Source of the DNA: Eledone cirrhosa
Lineage: Eukaryota
Length of the DNA stretch: 64,000 bases
NCBI GenBank assembly: GCA_964016885.1
Contig: OZ024742.1
Location: 329,468,001 to 329,532,000 of the forward strand
Reading direction: 5' to 3'
Every line of letters starts with the position of its first letter. The stretch's first letter is position 1. Both the position numbers and the translations under genes were made by a program. This document shows positions 28,560-41,374 of the stretch, one piece after another. The notes under the pieces are model-generated. The model ran no database searches. It saw only the letters and a list, made by a program, of their open reading frames with translations, and was not told the DNA's origin.

Positions 28560-30596
28560 TATATGAAATATGCACAGTCACGACTAATAACTCTTCAGAA
28601 ACCTATGTAGGCTCCACTTCTAACTGCTTCAAAATCAGATATAACTCGCACATCCACTCGTTCAAAAAGCACAGCCTAGCCAACTCCACCTCACTTTCTA
28701 GCTACATACACTATCTAAAATCTAAAAATAAACCATACACACTCAAATGGGAAGTGATAGGCAGCGCGACCTCGTACAAACCACCTAATAAATTCTGTAA
28801 CCTCTGTATTCTAGAGACACACAATATTATCTTCTCCAACCGTAACCTACTTAACAAAAAATCTGAGGTGTTTGCAACTTGCCAGCACCGCCTCAGACAT
28901 TCCTTCCAAAACTTTAAGCCCTATATATAGCAATGTCGGACTGGAACCTAACACCACATCTAGCATCAAACACCAGAAACACACCCTATACTACATACCC
29001 AACACTAGCTGATCCATTATAACACAAACAACGACATCCCTCTGGAACCCTTCGCAGGGAAAATACCCATTTATACCTCTACGGCAGGTGTGACAACATC
29101 CACCCACTTGATGGCACTACACCGCTCTAAGGGTAATTTGAGCATGAATTGATCGGTTGGATGGTGTTGGGCAGAGGAAACACCTTCCTTAGACAGATGT
29201 AAAATGATTTAATCGAGTAGCGCTGTTGACCAGTAGGACCGGGCTGCTGAGCGCAGTGAGTGAATGCAATGCAACTGCCGTGCGGGTTGTACGTATATGG
29301 ATGATCTGACGGTCAGAGAGGGGTCGCGAGGACTGCGGATTGACCTTGGCCTGCCTGGGGACGATTATCTTTCGACATCCAATGTAGCAAGCGATGACCC
29401 AGATCTTACCAGAGATCATTGGGTCCTGAAGCAATCCTGCAATCACCGCGCCTGGTCATATGAGCAGACTACAACCACAGAGATCATTAATTTAGAATCC
29501 TCGCTCATCATCTATAATTTCCATTTGTAGCACCTTAAGATGGGTTAATCCACCTTAATAATAATATAAACTACTCTATAGTTAGTACACTTTATGCTTT
29601 AAAAGTCTCTCTTGGAAGGTGCACCTCACCATAGAATTTAGGGTCTATATTGGGACACATTTTAATGGCTAGATATAGAAACCCCAGAGTTACCTCCCCG
29701 CATGCATTAACTCCCCTTAGCCACACACACACTTCCGGTATTCAATGGCGTTTCTCGAAACGTAACATCCCCCTGTATCGAACTAAAGAACACCAGACTA
29801 CGATCTCTTACTGGATTGTCGTGGATTATGTGAAAGGCATATAATCGAAATATACACTCCCTTGACCATGAAAATGCCGAAGTACATGAATTACTTGACA
29901 TCCCTGCGCTGTGCATCTCCAATACTTATAACACTTTTAATGCTTGCACTATCTTTAATGCTTATAATATTTCTCCACACACAGACTATATCAATCATAT
30001 AAAGACTTTGCCACCAGACCTACCAACCTAACACTCTTATTTACCTACCTAAGTGCCTCTACCACACATATCTCTCTGCCACACTATATAAACAAGACGC
30101 ACATGCGTGCCACACATATAACATTTGCACTATATAACCACTTATCTTCATGTTGTACTTTAACCTATATCTTTGATTTTTGATTGTACCTATTAATATA
30201 GTTGTAATCTCGAAGTGTGTACTGCCACTCTAAATTCTGTAATGAATGTTGACCCACAATGTTTGAATATGTATCAATGTTTGAATATGTATTTGGTATG
30301 TCTCTCGGCTGAAAAGGAGGTCATATAACTGTCCATGCATTAATAAATTGCTCCGAAGAATCCAAACCTCGGTTTGGAGGAAACAGCTGTAAGCACAATA
30401 ATGTTTTGAACAGTTCTTTGATTCTTATATTTCATATAACTGCTCTGTAAATCATCTGATGTTTTTACATTGAGCTACTTAACTTACTGGTAATAAGGTA
30501 GTAATACATTACTGCCTACCACTATTTAGGGTGTGTGTAAAATACTTACAACTGCTTAAGGTTTTGTATTTACATAACCATAAATAGTATAACTAA

Positions 30597-30600
<4 letters not shown>
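28560..30600 (+). mobile_element. 5'-truncated Naiad-type Penelope-like element
   Basis: 28601-28921 TYVGSTSNCFKIRYNSH..STSLSSY..LKWEVI..FCNLCILE..LLNKKSEVFATCQH; long 3' UTR; HHR at 30349; ends in (TA)n. Confidence 0.88.
30349..30395 (+). ncRNA. Hammerhead motif with variant core CCGAAGA
   Basis: tgct-CCGAAGA-a-tccaaacc-tc-ggtttgga-g-GAAA-cagctg-TA-agca. Confidence 0.7.
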
Positions 30601-30658
<58 letters not shown>

Positions 30659-30764
30659 CGAACATTTTCGCTCTGCATGGCTGAATACAATAAATGTAAT
30701 CTGAGTTTTTCGAATATTAATAATTACATTTAATTCGTTTGCAATTATGCATACAACCTTCAAT

Positions 30765-30807
30765 CTGCAGACACTAATGTTTCTGGGTTCACCCTTCGTC
30801 AGTACAG
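30765..30807 (-). ncRNA. Minimal type I hammerhead ribozyme, intact core
   Basis: ctgta-CTGACGA-a-ggg-tgaa-ccc-a-GAAA-cattagtg-TC-tgcag; 5-bp stem I, near-palindromic stem III, GUC triplet. Confidence 0.82.
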
Positions 30808-30875
30808 CTCATTGTTCACCTGCCAAACTGTCAGAGCTAGTGAAAATATTTGCTATTTTCAAAATTACACAGGGA

Positions 30876-30974
30876 CTGATCGGCCTGATTTGCATATTAG
30901 CAGACTCGCTGATCAGTCAGATCTGCATATTAGCAGATCCACTGATCAGCCAGATGTGCATATCAGCAGACTGG
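30876..30974. repeat. 33-bp minisatellite x3 carrying an octamer motif
   Basis: ctgatc(g/a)g...gat(t/c/g)tgcatat(t/c)agcaga three times; exact ATTTGCAT at 30888-30895. Confidence 0.88.
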
Positions 30975-31096
30975 CCAGTCACTTTCCTGTGTACGAGCGA
31001 TAAATGGCCGGCTTTGCTAAATTCAAATAAAAAAGAAAATGTTCGCTCTACATGGCTGAATACAATAAATGTAATCTGAGTTGTTCGTATATTAAT

Positions 31097-31278
31097 AATT
31101 GTTTCTACTTTAGGCACAAGGCCAGCAATTACCCAGTGCATTACTGGTACTTTATTTTATCGACCCCGTAGGGATGAAAGGCAAAGTCAACCTCGGCGGG
31201 ATTTGAACTCAGATCGTAAAGGGACGTAACTATGTTGGAAAGCATGGCGTCCGACTCTCTACCGATACTCCCAATCCT
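31097..31278 (-). mobile_element. SINE family A inserted in retrozyme-like element 2
   Basis: Highly similar to 7221-7409. Confidence 0.92.
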
Positions 31279-32727
31279 CGATTCGTTTGCAATTATGCAA
31301 ACAAGCCTCAACTTTACAGCCATGTCAGTAGAATGAACCCTTCAGTCTTGCTCGTGTGTTGGCATGTGAACAGAACATTCTACTGACATGGCTATAACAT
31401 TGAGGCTTGTTTGCATAATTGCAAACGAATCGAATGTTATTAATATTCGAAAATCTCAGATTACATTTATATATATATGATTCCTTTTATTTCAATCAAG
31501 GCATTGTAGAGTTGTTGGATGTGCGTATTTTACACTATATTGGTTGTTAACAACTAACTTGCGAACAACTCATAGAAAGTTGAAGAAAAGCCGGAAAAAT
31601 CAAAATTAAAACTATATACATATATATAAATGTATCGCAAGTATTCATGGTTTGGGACGAGGAAATATACAAAATATAAAAACTAATTACTAACAACTGT
31701 TTCTTTGTAGGCGGCTATCGATTGCAGCGGTGTGGTGGCTTCCCCATTAACTCCGAATTTAGGATGTTTCTAAATTAGGATGATTTATGAGGGCACTTTA
31801 TGAGAAACGAACTTTGGAATCTACTCACTATTTCGCCAAGGATTATTAGATATTTATACAGTGCAGAAAGTTCTTTCAGATTCAATTATCCCAGCTTTCC
31901 AATGTTATTGGTTAACTTTCCTTCTGTTATATACAGATAGTATTTCGCTCTATTCATCTGTCAATATATCCACTTCTATACGACCATGTATGACATCCCT
32001 TTACTTTGTAAAAAATAAATATTTGACTCTAGAAGGGTTTTGTTGGCTTGGCATACGTAAACATTGCTTAGATAAACATTACAGATATATCTATTTATCC
32101 GTTTTATCGTAGGTATCTGCTGAATTGATTTATATCTGTATGTGTACGCATGTATATAGGTCGACTGTGCACAGTATTTGATTGTGTTTGTGTGCATTTC
32201 CATATTTGTGGTTGTGTAAGCCTTCATATTTGTTTAGCGCGGGATATAGAAGATCTTTATAGAATGTGGATCCTTGTGGAACAGCACAATACACTTGAAA
32301 TGACAAGTTCTTATCTCAATAATGAATTTGTGATAATAGAAAATGCATTCCCTTGAACGGAAATATATAAATAAGATGTCAACTCTTCTTTATTTCAAGA
32401 GGATTAAGATTCATATGCCCGAGAATTAAGGCAGTAAGACTTTTAAAGTATGCATGCTTTATAAGTAGTTAACGATAGCTATGTGTATATCATCAAAAGA
32501 GGCACTTACATTGTAGATATATAAAAAGCTACTCATATCACTGCATATATGAGTTGCTTATTTTAGACCTGTAACTCAGCGTGAAATGGTAGTGGCACTT
32601 TATTTTCAAACGGTGTTTCTTGGGCATTTTATGCTGGACATGGACATTTTACGTCTGGACATGGTAGATTTCCTTCAGAGATTGACAGAAAGTGAGAGAG
32701 AGAGAGAAAAATATATGAAGGAAAAAT

Positions 32728-32860
32728 TGATCCCAGCACTAGACTGGTACTTTTTTATTTACCTCGGCGGGATTTGAACTCAGATAGCTGAGAGAAGGAA
32801 TAAATGACACAAAGCATTCGATCTGACGTTCTAACGACTCTGCCAATTCGCCACCTTATA
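32728..32860 (-). mobile_element. SINE family A relative, internally deleted
   Basis: actggtact...acctcggcgggatttgaactcaga...ctgccaattcgccacc. Confidence 0.75.
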
Positions 32861-33099
32861 CTCGAATATTATCTACAGAGACTATTAAATGAAAGCCAAC
32901 CATTGAAATAATTAGAGGTTGTTGTTGTTTTCCTTGTTAATATAATATACTCGATCATTCCAATCATATTTACCAGATAATATCTAAACTCCCATAATAT
33001 TTGCGCGTGATTATGTATACGTGAATGAATATTGTTTTCTCACCATAATCTTCTGATGATTCATTCGAACAAGAAGCCCTTGCAATTATAAGGGAAGCT

Positions 33100-33540
33100 T
33101 CTATATTATTGCCCCATTTAGCAAGATGCTGGCACTCATTACTATCTCTGTCACTGGTTCACGAGAACCAGATGACATTCCAAGTATAGCTTAAACGTCT
33201 CTGTTGGATGCGCCTAAGAACCTGAACCATGCTTTATATGAGTAAAGACCATGTTTTATATGAGTAAAGAAGAGATGCCTCTACATATGTACCATGAACT
33301 GAAATATGTGTTACCAATGTGATAACTTGTTGAGAATCGACACCAGATTTAAGAAACCTCAAGGTCTCAGTTGCTTTGAGACACCGCGCAGATATTTCTT
33401 CATCTAAGCAGAAAAAAAGAAAAAAACAGAATATACTGTTCGGAGAGACGAAACTGTGTATTTCTGTCAGCCTACTAAAATAGTACAACAGTCCGGTCCG
33501 GGCTAATTCAGATTCCTTACACACTCCTGAAATGACAATT
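33100..33540 (-). mobile_element. Decayed RTE-clade LINE fragment
   Basis: LDEEISARCLKA...LLYSYKTW (cf. DDEI..RI.KA; LLYG.ETW). Confidence 0.6.
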
Positions 33541-33862
33541 TAATATCTTCAGTCGCATGTAAATTATGTGCAAAAAAGATATCATGTACAATAAGACTTT
33601 CGAATCAGGTGTATATAATCGGATATTGAAGAGACATCTGGATGCACGGCAGCTGAAAGAATGACCGCATTATGGAGTGCGGATACTGCTCGCATACTTT
33701 CCTTGTCTCGTCTCAGCACCGATGCTTTTTAAAGCACATGGACAAAATATGGTTGTGCGAAAGGACACTTATCTTTATGGCAGTAGGTAAATGCTATTCG
33801 AACATAAAAAAAGTTTGCCAAAACATGCAAAAAACAGTTTTCGTTAATTATGTCGGGCACCT

Positions 33863-34340
33863 CTTGGTGGCGTTATCTGCCAGTGTCATCCATAGCTCTG
33901 GCTTTATAAACGTTTAATTATAACCACATCGTATTTCTTTAGAAATACGGAATTCAAATACATATTTGTATAAAGCTATGTTCGAAGCTAAATTCTTATT
34001 CTATTCCATTTTAAGTTGAGCCAACTTATATAGCTTAATATGCAAATAAGATTAATCACCTCATTTACACCGACGAAAATAACCTATATATTTTCGTCTG
34101 TTTTAAAAGTCCGGCAGTTGCAAGAGCGGGAGAGATCGTCCTGACGAGAACCATTTGAGTTCGCAATGTATAGACGGTTGTCCTTCTTACATTTTGCCGA
34201 GCTCTGCTTGGTGGCGTTAGCTGCCAGTGTCATTCATAGCTATGACTTTCTAAATGTTCATTTATAAATATACCTTATTTCTTTAGAAATACGATATTCA
34301 AATATATATTGGTATGCAGCTATGTTGGAAGTGGAATTCT
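33863..34340 (+). mobile_element. Retrozyme-like element 3: ~345-bp unit, ~1.4 copies
   Basis: cttggtggcgtta(t/g)ctgccagtgtcat...aattct repeated at 33863 and 34208; octamer 34040-34047; decayed HHR at 34135. Confidence 0.7.
34135..34178 (+). ncRNA. Decayed minimal hammerhead
   Basis: atcgtc-CTGACGA-gaac-catttga-gttc-GCAA-tgta-TA-gacggt; 6-bp stem I, 4-bp stem II; GAAA mutated to GCAA; stem III ATGTAT could be CpG-decayed ACGCGT. Confidence 0.68.
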
Positions 34341-35079
34341 AATTATATAATATATTATTTTTACATGTAAAATTTAATATCCAATTTATATTGTTTATAT
34401 ACAGACGTCATGATTCGGCATATTGTAAATCATTAATATAGACAAATATATGTTAAATGAAATATAGTGTATGCAAGTAGTGAATTCGTTTAACGGTCTT
34501 CCTTCCAAATCAAGGAGATGCTGTGACAAAGGTATAAATAAACAGAAGCATATGAAAAACAGAATTTCCCCCTACTGACACAGAAACAAACACACACCCA
34601 TATAGGGAAACATACATATTGACACAAAGACACATAAACGCACATATATTTACATGTGAATTTGTGTGTGGTTGTGCCTATGTGTGTATATCTAAAAAGG
34701 GTGCGTAGTAATTATGATGGTAATATAAATATATGATGTATAAGTCAGTAAATAGATGAGAAACAACTACAGATATATTAAATATAAAAAAAACTCAATT
34801 AAACCAAAACCGATACAAATCTAATTTATCTATTCATAAAATTGGTTGCTGTCAAAGTTTCATGTCCATCATGACCCATTAGAAAAATAAAGAAATTCAA
34901 GCAATATGTAGAATGTTTATCTCAATAAAGTATTTGAAAAGGTGGGGTGGGTATTTTAATATCACGTGGTTCGTGGTGCTCCTTACTACGGTTATTTTAG
35001 TAAAGTACTGACGGCAGTTGCTGGGAATCTGGTAGAAGCAAAATATAGACAAATCTATATGTTCACAAAATGCTTAGCA

Positions 35080-35205
35080 CTCAAGAAAGTGTGAGTTCGA
35101 TAATACAGTGTGGTACCTTACGCAAGCTTTGATCACCATAGTCTGTGGTTGGCCGCTGCTTTGTTAGTGAAATTTGGTCGACCAGACCTGATTAGAAGCC
35201 TGTCA
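35080..35205 (+). mobile_element. Degenerate SINE of a third family
   Basis: B-box-like gagttcgat, then ggtaccttacgcaag...gtgaaatttggtcgac..agaagcctgtc; resembles an abundant octopus SINE (from memory). Confidence 0.5.
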
Positions 35206-36098
35206 GTTTGTACAGAATGTACCTACAATTCAAAGTTCCAGGCTTGCCATAAATGTTACGCTACATATGTCAAACAATAAAAATGGACATTAAATAAAAG
35301 AAAATTATTTTTTTTTAATGTTTAAAATATGGTTAATTTGACCTTCTTTGAAGGGTTTTATAACTGAGCGAAATAGTCTTAAAGCTAAAAACCCAACTAT
35401 GATCTTATTTCAAGACATTTTCATAAACTGGTGAGGTTACTATTAGTATATACTTAGGATGTGAATAAGATACATATAACAATCACAATATATATTTGTT
35501 ATTCTATATTTATTTACTTCCCATCATAACTATACGTTCATATAGATATATATAATTGGCATTACGTAAAATGAATTAAGTATCAATCTGTACATACATA
35601 CCTGCCTATATACGCATGGATGGACACGCACATTCAAAAATGCACGTAAATGCACATCTGGTTTTCAGATTCACATAACGTCCTACAGTACAAAACACAC
35701 ATCTATGACATCCAAACACAAATTTACTAAGAATTTAATAACAAACTGGCTATTTGGCGACAGAGGCGCCAACATCATATCTGCACGGAGGTGACTTTTT
35801 AATCCAGCAACATAATGCAAGACTAAGACTGCACCTCTGGGTATTAACAACACTTGAACATAAAACACATCGGCATAGACGTCTTGGAAAATTGACTGCT
35901 CCCGCTTATACTATATCACGTGAGGTGACAAAAATACGGAAGTTGCAGTATTTTATCGGCGCAAATTCGCTTGACACACCAAAGTTGCAACAACAGGTCT
36001 AATGTCTATATGGTGCCAAAACTTTAACGTTATGTCTTGGTTTCGCTGGAGATAGAGATACTGACAGTTCATAAGATCACCAGAGAGCGAGAGAGTGA

Positions 36099-36198
<100 letters not shown>

Positions 36199-36632
36199 TG
36201 TTTCTAGTATAAAATGACACACGACGCAGGCAAGTTTTGTCTAAACAGAGCAATTTTTTAAAGGAGCAAATACCTCGCCTTTAACCCATCTCGTAACTTA
36301 CAAACATCAACAGAGGAAGTCCCACACCCGGGCTTCGATTAAAAGATTCTAGATGAGGCGCAAGCTATTTGTGGTACTTTAGCAGAGGGTAGATCCTCAG
36401 GCCTACTCAATGATATTTTTTGGACATACATACATAAATATATAAATACGTACATACACTCATTCTCGCACGAATAAAATCGATTAAGTTTGTTGATCAT
36501 TTTCTCTAATTTACTGGGAAATTCGTGTTTTAACAAGTTAACATGCATACATATGAGACATATGCACATATATATATATATATATACACATTGGGGTAGT
36601 CTCGGTTACACACTCTGTATCTACATAAATAT

Positions 36633-37548
<916 letters not shown>

Positions 37549-37561
37549 TTTATATATATAT

Positions 37562-39195
37562 AGTGAAAACTGGGACGGGAACAAAAACAGAGGCAGTACA
37601 AACAAAGGTTTATTAGTTTCACGCTCTTGAGAGTGTGGGCGGGGAACGACGTTTCGGGCATAAGCCCTTCTTCAAGAGAAAAGTGGGTGGGAAGAGAGTT
37701 CTGAAGGTGTTTGGGGGAGTGGCGGAGAGACATTTAGAAAAAAAGTGGGGCAGGGGAGAAAAGGAAGGTAAAACGGTGGAAGAGTACAAATAAAAATAAA
37801 AATAAACATAAAGATAAACAAGTGGTGGAAGAGTATGGGTCGTGTAGGGGTGGTGGCGGGTGGAGTAGGGAGAGCGAGGCGGGGGGTCCTAGCGGGGAGG
37901 GCTGAAGGTGGTGTTTGTGTATATGTGTAGGTGTATGTGCGTGTGTATGTGTATATGTGAATGTGAGATTTGGCGGAAGAACGAGGTTCCATGTTCAGGA
38001 AAAGGTGTGTGTGGGGGGTGGGGTGTAGGTCGGTTTGTGCATGCGTGTATTGGGGAGGAGTCAGAGGGGTGGGGGCTGGAGGATTCCGGAGGCTGAGTGT
38101 GTATATGTGGGGTACGCACGTGTGTTCTGATATTTATACGTGGTGTGGATGTAGGTGGCAAGGTTCGAAAAAAAATTGTCACTGTATGTCCGTGGGTAAG
38201 TTCCTAAGGTAGTTCCGTGGAGTGTGCGATGGGATGCTTGATATTTTTCATATTATGGAGTGGATAGCTGGAACGATGACCGGTGGTGTGTAAGCCGTTG
38301 GTTGTGGTGGTCGGAAGTGGGGATGTGTTGTGCGCGCGCAACAGGAAGTGGTCAGACGGTCAAGGCAGGATGAAGGCATAGCAGTAGAGGAGAATGACAG
38401 GTGGAGAAAGTCAGTGTGTTGTGAGGACTGCGTGTCTGTGTATGCGGAGGTGCGGTGGACAGGGGATGTGATGGGTAGGTGTGAAAGGTAGAGGGGGAGG
38501 TGGTTATGTGGGGGGGTGGGGTGTGTATTAGTAGAGGTGTCAGTGGGATGTGTGTCCGAAGGGGTGTGGGTGGAGCGGGGAGAGGGAGAGGGAGAGAAAC
38601 GGTGTAGCGGACGGTCGTGGGAGTGTAGTGTACTGGTGTGTGTGTGTGTGTGGTAAAGGGGGTCTTAGTGGGTGTTAGTATACTGGTGGTGGGGAAAGGG
38701 TTGAAGGCGGGTGTGTTAGTTGTGGTGTGGGTGTGGGTGGTGTATGTAGGTGTGTGTTGGTGGGAGTGGAGGGTATGTGTTCGTGTGCGTGGGGTCGGGG
38801 GGATGTTAGTGCCATTAGTTGTGGGTTGGCTGGAGTGGATATGTGGGTGAGGGTTAGTGGTGGTAGTAGGGTGTGTGGATAGTGTGAGTGCGTGTATATA
38901 TGTACAGGTGGGTGTGTGCTTGATAGGGGGAGGGGTGGGGATGTTAGCATTGTCAGTTGGGGGAGGGTGGCCGGATGTGGAGTGGGGGTGTTAGTGTTGT
39001 TAGTTCTGGGGGTGGGGAAAGGGGGTGGGTGTTGAAAAGGAGGAGTGTGTCAGTGGTGTTAGTGGGGGATGTGTGGGGGGGGGCAGTGCTGTCGAAGGCT
39101 AAATGAATAGGGGTGGGGAGATCAGACCGGGGGGTCTGTAGGGTGAAGATGGTGCGTTGTTCGACCGTGTGGCGGGTGGCGGGTGTTCCGTAGCG
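37562..39195 (-). mobile_element. 5'-truncated Penelope-like element (Neptune-like EN tail, long C/A-rich 3' UTR, pLTR)
   Basis: RHTVEQRTIFTLQTP.GL at ~39120-39175 (cf. EQ..IF.L.T..P.GLN); HHR-like motif, then AATAAA, then (TA)n. Confidence 0.7.
37643..37680 (-). ncRNA. PLE-type hammerhead-like motif (degenerate)
   Basis: c-TTGAAGA-a-gggc-ttat-gccc-GAAA-cgtcg-TT; stem I not evident. Confidence 0.55.
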
Positions 39196-39392
39196 AAAAT
39201 GTCAAGACCCCGACGACAGAGCTCACGTCGTTTCGACTGCTATTTCTTGACCAGAGAGATAGCCGTCGAAACGGCTTGAGCTCTGCCTTCTGGGTCTTGA
39301 ACATTTTCCTATTACCCACTCTATTACCCTAAGTATTGGGTATTCTGGTGCGTTATGGTCTACCTGGTTCCTTACCACACTTCTTTCGTTAC
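39196..39392 (+). mobile_element. Short TA-anchored fold-back element family F, copy 1
   Basis: Homologous to the reverse complements of 49194-49343 and 60506-60692; 39196-39307 is an imperfect hairpin. Confidence 0.8.
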
Positions 39393-39408
39393 ATATATAT
39401 ACATATAA

Positions 39409-39581
39409 GTTTTTGCCGCATTTTTGACTTGAAATATTTTAGCATGATAGTGGGGTTTAGAACACTCCAAGAAATGGAAAAAATGAGTCTTGACGTGAAT
39501 ACTGAGCCTCTTCTATTTCTTAGAGGGTTCTAAACACCACTATCGGGCTAACATTTCTTTGGTCAAAAATGCGGCGAAAGC
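39409..39581. repeat. Imperfect ~70-bp inverted repeat
   Basis: ttttgccgcatttttgac..gatagtggggtttagaac vs gttctaaacaccactatc..gtcaaaaatgcggcgaaa. Confidence 0.85.
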
Positions 39582-39625
39582 CTTTGGTCCTAATTTCAAA
39601 CTTACTCGCTGTTTCAAAATATACT

Positions 39626-39678
<53 letters not shown>

Positions 39679-39752
39679 TTGTCGAATGCTTCGAATCAGT
39701 TATAAACATATATATTTGTTGAATTACCAACAAATTAAATATCCAGTTTGCG

Positions 39753-39856
<104 letters not shown>

Positions 39857-40129
39857 TATATATAAATATATATATGTGTGTGTGTGGGTGTGTATTGTCC
39901 TCCCATCAGGTGTGAAGTTATGTGATTAAGGCGAGGAATGTTCATATTATCTCGAGGGAAGTTGCAACATGCCGATTAGTGTTTCAAGAATAAAGGAATG
40001 ATTTCCAAAATAATTCCTTAAACCAGCCTGAAATCATACTTTTATGCTTAGACCTATATTAAAAGGCCGCAGAAACAAGGAGACTACGGCTCCAGACACC
40101 GACCTGCCGACACTTCAATAAAATCTAAT

Positions 40130-40309
40130 TGTTTCTACTCTTGGCACAAGGCCAGCAAAATACCTAGTACATTACTGGTACTTTATTTTATCGACCCCGT
40201 AAGGATGAAAGGCAAAGTTAACCTCGGCGGGATTTGAACTCAGAATGACAAGAGTCGTAACTCTATGCGTCAAAGCTTGGCGTCCGACCCTCTACCGATA
40301 CTGCCAATC
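40130..40309 (-). mobile_element. SINE family A with 17-bp TSD
   Basis: cttcaataaaat(c/a)taat at 40113-40129 and 40310-40326. Confidence 0.92.
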
Positions 40310-40472
40310 CTTCAATAAAATATAATAGCAGTGACGTACATTGGAAAAAATATTTCGTTATCTTAAAACAGGCACACACAATCACTGACATACACACTCA
40401 CAGACACAAACACGCTCACACAAACACACTAACATAACCCTTCACGCACGCGCGCGCACACACACACACACG

Positions 40473-40509
<37 letters not shown>

Positions 40510-41017
40510 ACACACACACACATAAATACACACACACACATACATACACACACACACATGTCTGAGTTTGAGCGTGTGAATATCTGTGAGAGTGTGCGAG
40601 TGAATGTATTTATACGTGTGTGTGGTTGGACCTGAGTGTGTTTGAATGTGTGTGTGTGTGTATCTGCGGAAGCCTTAACACAGGTCTGAGATCGCTAATA
40701 TTGAAAGGTAATGTATCGATGTTAATCCCAAATTTATAGATAACTAATCAGTGACAACATTATCTGATTCATCCGTACGTGCTTTAAATTGAGGCATCAG
40801 CTTTCTAAGCCATGTAAATTCATTCATTCATCTATGCCTCACGGGGTTAAATACGTAGGTTGTCTCCCTTGAACTGTGCCTTTTTTTTTTATGTTACATC
40901 AATTTAGGAAGCGAATATGAATTATTAACAGTGTTGTTTATTTATGTCTGTCGTAGATTATTGAAATATCATATTTCCTTTATGTTATTTAATATATATA
41001 TATATAATTATAATAAT

Positions 41018-41191
41018 AATTGTTTCTACTTTTGGCAAAAGGCCAGCAATTTAACCAGTGCATTACTGGTACTTTATTTTATCGACCCCGTATGGATGAA
41101 AGGCAACATTAACCTCGGCGGGATTTGCAATCAGAATGGCAAGGGCCGTAACTCTATGCGTCAAAGCATGACGTCCGACCCTCTACCGATA
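41018..41191 (-). mobile_element. SINE family A
   Basis: Homology to 40130-40309. Confidence 0.9.
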
Positions 41192-41324
41192 GATCTTCGT
41201 TACATTTATTGAGGCGTGACGCACGTTTTGCGATTGATCAGTGTGTGTGTGTGTGTGTATTATTTTATTATATTCAATTAATGAGTCTTTTACGCTGGAG
41301 TTTCACCTGCAGGATCATCATACA

Positions 41325-41374
<50 letters not shown>

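Larger units (their letters stand above)
30657..31470 (-). mobile_element. Retrozyme-like element 2: ~375-bp unit, partial tandem, with terminal fold-back
   Basis: ttcgctct(g/a)catggctgaatacaataaatgtaatctgag at ~30668 and ~31042; 31376-31470 is an inverted copy; intact HHR; (TA)n on both sides. Confidence 0.75.

Noticed and set aside
30876-30974. CRISPR-like array
   Set aside because: Contiguous 33-bp tandem units without unique spacers, in a eukaryotic context
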